From NCBI RefSeq assembly GCF_009914755.1, contig NC_060935.1: DNA of 64,000 nt. The stretch is one strand, 5' to 3'. Position numbers and translations under genes: made by a program. The DNA comes from the human T2T-CHM13v2.0 reference genome, Homo sapiens. Under the pieces are notes generated by a model. That model was not told where the DNA came from. It did no database searches and saw only the letters and a program-made list of their open reading frames with translations. Below are positions 26,282-38,916 of this stretch, one piece after another; the first letter of the stretch is position 1; every line of letters begins with the position of its first letter.

Positions 26282-29200
26282 GAGTTTTTTTTTTTTATGG
26301 ATATAGAGTTTTAATTTTGCTAGATGAAAAAGCTCTGGAGCTCCATTGCGAAACATGTAAATGTACTTAACACTATTGAACTGTATGCTTAAAAACAGTT
26401 ACGATGGTAAATTTTATCTTAGGTGCTTTTTACCACACACGTACGTAAAGTTATTTAGCTATTTCATGTCATACAATGTAGCCTCAATTTAGTAAAATTA
26501 AAATATCAGTTCTAAGTAATAGTCAAGACCTCAATTTTGTGTAAGGGTTTAGATTTCTTCCCCTGAGACTGGGGCCAGTTGCAGTTGAGAATCTGCCTTT
26601 TGCAAAGGAGGTCATGAGGGTGATATTGGCATTTATATAATCCTCTTCAACGTTGTGAACACTATTATAGGGGGTTGTACACCTTCTGCAATATTGGAAG
26701 TAATATTATTCTCTTCAATTTTGGAAATTACAAACCATATTATGGGGTGTTGTACACCCCTTGAGATATTGGGAGTAATATTATCTCGCACCTGGATATT
26801 AGGAAAAATATCACACAGGCAGGGTGTGTACACCCACTGCGACATTGGGCATACTATTATCCTCTCCCCCATTGGATATTAGGGACAATATCACAGGGAG
26901 GTGTACACTTCCTGTGACATTGTAAGTAATATCATCCTCTCCAACACTAGATATCACGAGCAATATCAAAAAAATGGTGTACACTTCCTGCGAGTAATAT
27001 CGTCTTCACTCCACCCCCCAGATATTAGGAACAATATCACAAAAAAGGTGTTCACCTCATGCGATATTGGGAATGATATCTTCTTCTCCCTTTCTATATA
27101 TTAGGAACAATATCACAGAAGGGGTGTTCAGCCGCTGCGATATTGGGAGTGATAGCATACTCTCCCATCCTAGATATTAGAAACAATATCACAGGGGGGT
27201 GTACCACTCGTGCGATATTGAAAGTAATAAGTTCCTCCCTCCCTGGATATTATGAGCCATATGACAGGGGGGTGTCCAGCCCCCGCCATATGGGGAGGAA
27301 TATCACCCTCCTCTTCCCCCCTGGATGTTATGAACCATATGACAGGGGGGTGTCCACCCCACGCAATATGGGGAGTAATATCACCCTCCTCTCCCCACCC
27401 TGGATATTACAAGCCATATGAAAGGGGGGTGTCCACACAGCACATTTACAATATTGGGAGTAATATCATATCCCCCTTTCAAAATTATGAACAATATCAC
27501 AGGAAGGTGTACAGCACCTCTTATATTGGGAGTAATATTATTCTCTCCCTTCCCCGGATATTAGGAAAAATATCACAACAAAGGTGTACACTTCCTGCAA
27601 TATTGGGAGTAATATCATCCTCTCCTCCCCTGGATATTAGGAACAATATCACAGAGAGGTGTACACCTCTTTCGATATTGGTATTAATATTGCCCACTCC
27701 CCCACTCGATATTAGAGAAAATATCACGGGGGGGTGTACACTCTCTGTGATAATGGGAATAATATCATCTTCTCCCTTACTGGATATTACAAACAATATC
27801 ACAGAAGGGGTGTACACCCTCTGCATTATTGAGAGTAATATCATCCAAGTAATTGGAAGTAATAATATCCAAATAATAACACCCTTGGATATTAGATACA
27901 ATATCACAGGGGAGATATACCTTAACTGTGATATTGGGAATACTATCATCCTCTTTCCTTTGGATATCAGGAACAATATCACTGGGAGGGTGTACACCCC
28001 ATGCGATACTGGAAGGAATATTATCCTCTTCCCTCATGGTTATTAGAAACAATATCACAGGGTGGGGGATGTACACCTTCTTTGACATTGAGAGTAATTT
28101 CATTTTCTCACCTCCTGGATATTACAAACAATATCACAAGGGGTTGTACATCCCCTGCAATATTGAAAGTATTATCATCCTCTGCCTCTTTGAATATTAA
28201 AGAAAAATCACAAGGGTGGTGTACACTTTCTGCCATATGGGAAGTAATATCACGCTCTTCCCCACCTGGATATTAGGAGAACAAAGGGGGTGTACACCAC
28301 CTTCGATTTTGGGAGTTATATCATCCTCTCCCCCTTTGAATATTAGGAAAAATATCACCGAGGGGGTGAGCACCCTCTGTGATATTGGGCATAATATAAT
28401 TCTCTTCCCCCCGGATATTAGGAACAATATCACAGAAGGGTGTACACCCTGTGATACTGGGAGTAATATCCTCTCCCCACCTGGATATTAGGAACAATAT
28501 CACAAGGGGGTGTACAGCTCCTGCGATATTGGGAGTAATATTGTCGTCTCTCTCCCTAAATATTACGAACAATATAACAATATCACAGGGAGGTTATACA
28601 TCCCCTTGTAATCTCATCCTCTCTCTTTCTGGATTTTAGGAACAACATCACAGAAGGGGTGCACACTCCCCTCGATATTAGGAGTAATATCATCCTCTCC
28701 CCCACTGGACATTATGAGCCATATGACAGGGGGGTGTCCACCCCACACCATATGGGGAGTAATATCACCCCCCTCTCCCCACCTGAATATTACAAGCCAT
28801 ATGACAGGGAGGTGTCCATCCCCCCCCCACCAAATGGGGAGTAATAGAATCCCCCTCCCCCCCGGATATTACGAGCCATGTGAGAGGGGAGTGTCCACAC
28901 AGTGTGTTTACAATATTGGGAGTAATATCATATCTACCTTTCGAAATTATGAACAATATCACAGGAAAGTGTAAAGCACCGGCGATGTTGGGAGTAATAC
29001 TATTCTCTCCCTTCCCCAGATATTAGGAAAAATATCACAACAAATGTGTACAACTCCTGCGATATTAGGAGTAATATCAACCTCTCCTCCTCTGGATATT
29101 AGGAACAATATCACAGAGGGGTATACACCTCTTTCGATATTGGTATTTATATCACCCACTCCCCAACTCGATATTAGAGAAAATATCACGGGGGGTGTAC

Positions 29201-30046
29201 ACCCCCTGCGATACTGGGATTAATAATATCCTCTCTCCCCTGGATGTTATTAACAATATCACAGAGGGGTGTACACCCTTGCGATATTGGGAGTAATATC
29301 ATCCTCTCCCTACCTGGATATTACGAACAATATCACAAGGGGGGTGTACACCCCCTGCGGTATTGGGAGTAATATTGTCGTCTCCCGCCCTAAATATAAG
29401 GAACAATATCACAAGGAGGATATACACCCTCAGCCATATTGGGAGTAATATCATTCTCTCCTTTCGTGAATCTTAGGAACAATGTCACAGGAGAAGTGTA
29501 CGCCCCCTGCTATATTGGGAGCAATATCATTCTCTCCCCCCTGGATACTAAAAACAATACAACAGTGGGGTGTACACCCCGTGCGATACTGGGAGTAATA
29601 TCATCTTCTCCCTTACTTGATATTAGAAACAATATCACAGAAGGGATGTACACCCTCTGCATTAATGGGAGTAATATACTTGCCCCCTTGGATATTAGAG
29701 ACAATATCACAGTGGGGATGTACCTTAACTGTGATGTTAAAAGTAATATCATCCTCCTTCCTTTGGATGTTAGGAACAATATCACTGGGAGGGTGTACAC
29801 CCCCTGCGATATTGGGAGTAATATCAGCCTCTCCCCTCCATGGATATTAGAAACAATACCACAGGAGTGGTGTACACTTCCTGCGAAATTAGGAGAAATA
29901 TCATCCTCTCCACCTTTAGATATTACGGAAAATATCACAGGGGAGGCCTACACCTGCTGTGATATTGGGAGTAATATCATCCTCTCCCCACCTGGATATT
30001 AGGAACAATATCACAGGTGGGTGGAAACCCACTGTGGTATTAGGAG

Positions 30047-30392
30047 TAATATTATTATTAATTATTAAGCATTTATTTTTATCATCTATATTAAAAATAT
30101 TAATGTTAATATTAATTATTAACATTATTTTACTGTTATCAATATTACTATTTATAATAGCTAATATTATTATGTTAACAAAATTTTGATGATCAATATT
30201 AGTCATAATATTAATAATATTAATTATTATCTATTATCATTGGTTTAGTTATTAATATTGGTAATTAATATTAATCACTATCATTGCTATAAATATTAAT
30301 GTTAATAATTAATATTAATCATTATCAGTGTTATAAATGTTAACATTAATTACTATTCATTATATCAATATTAATTATTATCAATATTATTT
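30047..30392. repeat. AT-rich core 1 at a satellite inversion centre
   Basis: Almost entirely A/T and built of ATTAAT/AATATT motifs. Satellite orientation flips across it. Confidence 0.9.
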
Positions 30393-33300
30393 CTGATATC
30401 CAGGGAGGAGAGGATGTTATTACTCCCAATGTCGCAGAAGGTGTACACCCCCCTGTGCTGTTGTTTCTAACAGTCAGGGGGTAGAGGATGACATTACTCC
30501 AAATATCGCAGTGGGTGTACAGCCCTTCAGTGATCTTGTTCCTCAGTATCCGGAGGGGAGAGGATGATATTACTCTCAATATCGCAGGAGGCTGTAGACG
30601 TCCCCTGTGCTATTTTCCCTAATATCCCAAGGTGGAGAGGATGACATTTCTCCCAATTTCCCATGGGGTGTACACCACTCCTGTGATATTGTTCCTAATA
30701 TCCATGGAGGGAAGAGGCTGATATTACTCTCAATATCGCAGGTGGTGTACACTTCCCAGTGATATTGTTTCAAATATCCAGGGACAGAGAGGATGATATT
30801 ACTCGCAATATATTGTTCCTAATATCCAGGGGGAAAGAGTATGATATTAGTCTCAATATCACAGAAAGCGTACACTCCCCAGTGATATTGTTCCTAATAT
30901 CCAGGGACAGAGAGGATGATATTACTCCCAATATAGCAGGGCATGTACACCCCTTCTGTGACATTGTTTTTAATACCTGGCGGGGGAGAGGGAGATATTA
31001 CTCCCAGTATCCCAGCAGGTATACACCCTTTTGTGATATTGTTCCTAATATCCCAGGAGGGAGACAAGGATACTAATGGCAACATCGCAGGAGGTGTACA
31101 CCACCTGTGATATTGTTCTGAGTATCCAGAGGGGGAGAAAATTATATTACTCCCAATATCGCAGTGGGTGTACATCCCCCTGTGATATTGTTTCTAATAT
31201 TCAGGGGGAAAAGGATGATACTACTCCCAGTATGGCAGGGGGTGTACACACCTCCTGTGATATTGTTCCTAATATGCAGAAGGGGGAGTATAATATTACT
31301 CTTAATATCACAGGGGGTGAACAGCTCTTCTGTGATATTGTTCTTAATATCCATGTTGGAAGAGGATGGTATTACTCCCAATATCACAAGAAGCGTACAG
31401 CTTCCTGAGATACAGTTCCTAATATCTAGGTGGGGAGAGGATGATATTACTCCCAATATCGCACGAGTTGTAAAACCCCATCATTACTTTTTCTACAATC
31501 TGGGAGGGAGAGGATGATATTACTCTCAATATTGAAGGAGGTGTACACCCCCCCTGTGACATTGTTCCCAATATCCAGGTTGGGAGACAATGATATTATG
31601 CCCAATATTGCAGGGGATGTACACCACCCTGCGATATTGTTCCTAATATCGAGAGGGGGAGAGGATGGCATTACTCCCAATATCGCAGTGGCTGTACATC
31701 CCCCTTCTGATATTGTTCTTAATATCCTAGGGGGAAAAGGATGATATTACTCCCAATATCGCAGGGGGTGCACACCCACCCAGTGATATTGTTCTTAATG
31801 TCCAGGAAGGAAAAGGATGATATTATTCCCAATATCAAAGGGTTTGTACACACCCCCTATGATATCATTCTTAATATTTAAGGGGGAGTGTATAACATTA
31901 TGCCTAATATCGCAGGGGGTGTACAACCCCCCCGTGATATTGTTCCTAATATCCAAAGGTAGAGAGGATGATATTATTCCCAATATCGCAGGGGTTGTAC
32001 ACCCCCATTGTGATACTGTTCTTAATATTTAGGGGGGAAGATAATTATATTACTGTTCGTATCACAGGGGTGGACAACAACACTGTGATATGGTTTTTAA
32101 TATTCCGTGGGGGAGAGCATGATATTAATTCCAATATCACAGGGGACACACCCTCTCTGATATTGTTCCTAATATCCAAGGGTAGAGAGAATGATATGAC
32201 TTACAATATGGCAGGGGGTGTACATCCCCTCCATGATATTGTTCCTAATATCCAGGGCGTGTACACGCCCCCTGAGATATTGTTCCTGATATCCAGGAAG
32301 GGAGAGGATGATATTACTCCCAATACCATAGGGAGCGTACACCCCCCGCCCGTGATATTGTTCTTAATATTTAGATAAGGAGAGAATAACATTACTCCCA
32401 ATATCGCTGAGGATGTACACCCTTTCTGGGATATTGTTCCTAATATCAAGTGGGGGATAGGATGATATTACTCCCAATATCGCAGAGGGTGCACACCCTT
32501 CTTGGAATATTGTTCCTAATATCAAGTGGAGGAGAAAATGGTATTACTCCCAAAAGCGCAGGGGGTGTACACACCCTTGTTTTTAATATCCAGGTTGGGA
32601 GAGGGTGTGATATTGCTCCTAATATCCAGAGGGGGAGTGGAGGATATTACTTCAAATATCGCAGGGCGTGTATACCCCCCTTGTGATATTGTTCCTAATA
32701 TCCCGGGGGTGAGACTATGATATTACTGGCAATATCGCAGGTGGTGTGCACCTCCCCGTGATATTGGTCCTAATGTCCAGCACAAGAGAAAATAATACTA
32801 CTCTCAATATGGCAGGGGATATACACTTCCCTTGCAATATTTTTAATAATATCCATGGGGGGAAGGATGATATTCCTCCCAATGTCACGGCGGGTGTACA
32901 ACCCCAGTGTGATACTGTTCTTAAAATCTAGGTGGGGAGAGGATGATATTACTCCCAGTATATCAGGGGGTGTAAACCTCCCTGTGATATTGTTCTCAAT
33001 ATCCATGGGGGGAGAGCATGATATTACTCCCAATATCGCAGGTGGTGTACACCCCTCCTGTTATATTGTTCTTAATATCCAGGTCAAAAGAGGATGCTAT
33101 CACTCTCGAAATCACAGGGAGTGTACACCCCGCCTGTGATATTGTTCCTAATATCCCGGGGAAGAGAGGATGATATTATTCTCAATAGCACAGGATGTGT
33201 ACGCCCACTTTGTGATATTGTTCCTAATATCCATTGGGGGGAGAGGGTGATATTACTCCCAATACCCTTTCATGATATTTTTCCTAATATCCAGGGGGGA

Positions 33301-36300
33301 AGAGCATGATATTACTCTCAATATCACAGGGAGTGTACACCCCTTCTGTGATATTGTTTCTAATTGTCAGGGGGTCAGAGTAGGATATTACTCCCAATAT
33401 CACAGGGGGTGTACACCCCCGCATGACATTGTTTCTAATATCCAGAGGGGGAGTGGATGTCATTAATATGCATAATCTTAGGAACAATACATCATCCCCT
33501 GTGATATTGCTGCTAATATCCAGGAAAGAAGAGGACGATATTACTTCCAATATTGCAGGGGGTGTACACCCCGCCTGTGATATAGTTTCTTATATCCATA
33601 AGAAAAGAGAATAATATTACTACCAATATCGAAGGGGGTGTACACTGCCCCTGTGATATTGTTTCTAATATCCAGGTTGGGAGAGGATTATTACTGTGAA
33701 TAACAGAGGGGGTAAACACCCTCCTTGTGATATTGTTTTTAATATCCAGGGGGTGAGAGGATGATATTACTCCCGATATCGCCGGTGGTGTACACCCCCC
33801 CTGTGATATTGTTCCGAATATCCAGGAGAAGAGAGGATATATTACTCCCAATACTGCAGGAAGTGTACACTCCGCTGTGACATTGTTTCTAATATCCATG
33901 GGGGGACAGCATGATATTACCCCCAATATCACAGTGGGTGTACAGCCTCCTTGTGATATTGCTCTTAGTTTTCAGGGGGTAGAGTATAATATTACTGCCA
34001 ATATAGCAGTGGGTGTACACCCTCCCTTTGATATTGCTCCTTATATTCACCGGAAAGAGGATGATATTGCTCCCAATTATCACAGTCTGTGTACACCCAC
34101 CCTGTGATATTGTTCCCTATATCCAGGGAGGAAGAGAATGATACTACACTCAATATTGCAGGTGGTGTACACCGCGCCTGAGATATTGTTTCCTGTCTCA
34201 ACGGAAGGAGAGGATGATGTTACCACCAGTATCGAAGGTGGTGTACACCCCGCTGTGATATTGTTCCTAATATCTAGGTTGGGAGAGAGTGATATCACTG
34301 CCAATATACCAGGAGGTGTACACCCCGTCTGTGACATTACTCCTAATATGCAGGGGAAGAGAGAATTATATTACTCCCAATAGCGCAAGAGGTGAACACA
34401 CCCCTGTGAAATATCCAGTGGGAGAGACAATGATATTACTGGCCATATTGCAGGAGGTATACACTCCCTCTGTGATATTGTTTTTAATATCCACGAGGTA
34501 TAGGATGATATTACTCCCAATATCGCAGTGAGTGTACACCAATCCTGTGGTATTGTTCTTAATATCCAGGGAGAGAGAGGATGATATTACCGTCAATATC
34601 GCAAGGGGTGGACACCCCTTCTTTGATATTCTTCCTCTTATCCAGGGAGGAGAGCATAATATTAATCCCAATATCGCTGGAAGTGTACACTCCCCCTTTG
34701 ATATTGTTCCCAATATCTCAGAGGGGTGGAGTCTATGATATTATCAGATGGTGTGTTCAACACCCCTGTAATATTGTTTCAGCAATGAAGAAAGATTTAA
34801 CTCCCAAAATGGGATGGGCTATACACCCCCCATGAGATATTGTTTTTAATATCCAGGGGGGGAAGGTGGATATTTCACTTCCCCTGTTGCAGCGGGTGTA
34901 TAAACCCCTGTGATATTGTTCCTAATGTCCAGGAGGGGTTAAGATAATATTACTCCCAATATCGCAAAGGGTGTACACCTCCTCTGTGATATTATTCTCA
35001 ATATCCATAGGGGTAGAAAATTATATTACTCCCAGTGATATTGTTTCTAATATCCAGGTTAAAAGAGGATGATATTACACACAATATCGCAGGGGGTGGG
35101 GTGTACATTCCTACTGTGTTATTATTTCTAATATTCAGGGGAAGAGGGAATAATATTACTCCCAATAGCGCAGGGGGTGTACACACCCTGTGATATTGTT
35201 CCTAATATCCAGGGAAGGAGACAATGATATTACTGGCCATATCGGAGGAGGTGCACACCCTTCTGTGATATTGTTCCTAATATTCAGTGGGGGAAAATAT
35301 AATATTAATCCCAATATCGCAGGGGGTGTACAGCCCCCCTATGATATAGTTCGTAACGCACGGGGAAAAGAGAATAATATTACTCCCAATATCGCTGGGG
35401 GTATACGCCCCCCCCCCGGTATATTACTCCTAATATGCAGCGAAGTAGATGCTGATGATACTCCCAATATCGCAGGAGTTATACACACCCCCTGTAATGT
35501 TGTTCCTAATATCCAGCGGGAAAGAGACTATTATTCCCAATATCGCAGTGGGTGTACATACCCCCTGTGATATTGTTCCTAATAACTAGTGGGGGAGAGC
35601 ATGATATTATTTCCAATGTCACGGTGGCTGTACCCACCCCCGGTGATATTGCTCCTAATTTTCAGTGGGTAGAGTAGGATATTATCCCCAATATAGCAGT
35701 GGGTGTACACCCAACCTGTGATAATTCTGCAAATATTCAGGGAAACACAAGATATTACTTCTAATAACGCAGGGAGTGTACACCCCTTTTGTGATATTGA
35801 TCTTAATATCCAAAGAAAGAGAAAAAAATACTTTCAATATTGCAGGTTGTGTACACCCACCCTGAGAAATTGTTCCTAATATCAAGGAAGGGAGAGGATA
35901 TTACTCCCCGTATAGCAGGGGGGTGGACAGGGGACTAATATCACCCCCCTCTCCCCTTTTGGATATTACGATCCACACCACAAGGGGGTGGACAACCCCC
36001 GCTATATGGGGAGTAATATCACCCCCCTCTCTTCCCCTAAATATTACAATCCCTGGTGGACACACAGAGTGTTTACTATATTGTGAGTAATATCATCTCC
36101 CCCTCTGGAAATTACGAACTATTTCACAGACGATGTACACCCTCTGCAGTATTGGGAGTAATATCATCCTCCTCCCCCCTGGATATTAAGGACAATATCA
36201 CAGGAGTGTTTATACTCCCTACGATACTGGGTGTCATATCATCTTCTCCCACATTGAAATTAGAAACAACATCTTTGGGGGCGTTTACACCTTCTGTATT

Positions 36301-38540
36301 ATTGAAAGCAATATCATCCATTCCTCTCCTGGATCATGAGAACAGTATCACCGGGGGGTGTACACTTTCTGCGATATTGGTAGTAATATCATCCTCTCCG
36401 TCTTTTAATATTAAGGACAATCTCATAGGGGGGTGTACAACCCCTGCGATATTGGAAACATTATTATTCCCTCCCCCGCTGCATATTAGGGAAACTATCA
36501 TAGAGTGAGTGTACACCTCCTGCGATATGGGGAATAATATCATCTTCTCCCCTTCTGGATATTAGGAACAGTATCACATGGCGGTTTACACTTTCTTCAA
36601 TATCTGGAGTAATGTCATCCTCCCCTCCATTGAGTGGTAAGAAAAATATCACTGGGGAGATGTACACCTCCTGCGATACTGGGAGTAATATCAGGCTCTC
36701 CCCGCCTTGATATTAGGAACAATATCCCAGCGCAGGTGTACATCTCCTAACATATGGAAAGTAATATCCTCTCCCTTCCTGGGAGGAACAATATCACAGC
36801 TTGGGTGTACACAGCTTGCAATATTGGAAGTAATATCCTCTCCCCCTCCGGTTATTAGGAACAATATCACAGAAGGGTTGTACACTCTCTGCCATATTGG
36901 GAGTAATATCATTTTCGCCTTCCCTGAATGTTAGGAGCAATATCCCCTGGTGGATGTACTCCCACTGTTATATTGGGAGTAATGTCATACTCTACCCCTG
37001 GATATTAGGAGCAATATCACAGGGTGGGTGTACACCCACTGCTATATTGGGGGTAATATCATGCTCTCTCTCCCTGGATATTAGGAACAATATCACAGAG
37101 GAATGTACACCCCCCTGCAATATAAAGAATAATATTATCTTCTCTTCCTTCAGCTAGTAAGAACAATATCACATAGGAAGTGTATACCCCCTGCACTATT
37201 GAGAGTAATATTCTGTCTTATTCTGGATAGTAGGAATAATATCACAGGCGGGGTGTACAACCCCTGTGATATTGGGAGTAATGTCATCCTCTCCCAACGT
37301 GGATATTCGGAACAATATCACAGGGGGCGTGTACAGTTCTTCGATATTAGTAGTGATATCATACTCTCCCCCCTGGATATAAGAAACAATATGACAGGCC
37401 AAATGGCCACCCCCCGCGATATGGTTAGTAATATCCCTCCATGAATATTATGATCCACGGTGGGCACACAGCGTGTTTATGATATTGTGAGTAATATCAT
37501 GTCCCCCTCTAGAAATTAGGAACAATATCAAAGACGGGTGTCCACCTTCTGCAGTATAGGGAATAATATCATCCTCTCCCCCCGCAGGATATTAGGAGCA
37601 ATATCGAAGGAGTGTTTATAACCCCTGCGACACTGGGAGTAATATCATTCTCTCCCACGTTGAAATTAAGAACAGTATCACTGGGGGCGTGTGCAACTTC
37701 TGTGATATTGAAAGTAATATCATTCTCTTCCCTCCTGGATCATGGGAACAATATCACCAGGGGATGTACACTTTATGCGATATTGGGAGTAATATCCTCT
37801 CCGCCTTGGAATATTAAAGACAATATCACGGGGGGGTGCACACCCCCTGCGATATTGGGAATAATATTATCCTCTGCCCCCTGTATATTAGGAAAAATAA
37901 CACAGAGTGGGTGTACACCTCCTGCGATATGGAGAATAACATCATCTTCTCCCCTTCTGAATATTAAGAACAATATTACACGGGGGTGTACCCTTTCTAT
38001 GACATTGGGAGTAATATCAACCTCTCAGCCTTTGAATATTAAGAACAATATCGCAGGGTGGATGTACATCTCCTGCGATATTAAGAGTAATATCAGCCTC
38101 TCCCCTCCATAGATATTAGAAAGAATATCCAAGGGTGGGTGTACACCAACTGCTATATGGGGAGTAATATCATCCTCTTCCTCCCAGGATATCACAGGGT
38201 GAGTGAACACAGCCTGCGATACTGAAAGTATTATCATCCTCTCCCCCTCGGGATACTAGGAACAATATTACAGAAGATGGGTACACTCCCTGCAATATTG
38301 GGAGTAATATCATACATTTCTTCCGTGAATATTAGGAGCAATATCACAGGGTGGATGTACACCCACTGCTATATTGGGAGTAATGTCATACTCTATCCCC
38401 TGGATAGTAGGATCAGTGTCACAGGGTGAGTGTACACCTAGTGGAATATTAAAACTAATATCATGCTTCCTGTCCCTGGATATTAGGAACAATATTAAGG
38501 GTAGGTGTACACCCCCTGCAGTATTAGGAGTATTCGAAGC

Positions 38541-38916
38541 AATAATATTAATTATAAAACATTAATTATTAATATTAATAATAATATCAATGTTGATATA
38601 CATTAATTACTAATATCATATTAATAGCTAATAATTAGTTATTGTAATTACAAACAATTGATTGTTAATATTAATATTATGTATTCAGAACATGTTATCA
38701 ATATTAATATGGATTATCAATTTTATTATCAGTAGTATTTATTAATAATTTGCTTTATCGATATTAATTACTGATATTATTTTATTATTAATCATGATAT
38801 TACTATTATTTATAATGATCATTAATGTTAATAATTAATATTAATTTTGTCATTCTGGTTAATATCAGAGATTACTATTATTATATTTATTCATATTAAT
38901 AACTAATATTATTATT
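38541..38916. repeat. AT-rich core 2 at a satellite inversion centre
   Basis: As core 1. Right end TAATAATTAATATTAA...TCATATTAAT...ATTCCTGATATCC is homologous to cores 1 and 3. Confidence 0.9.
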
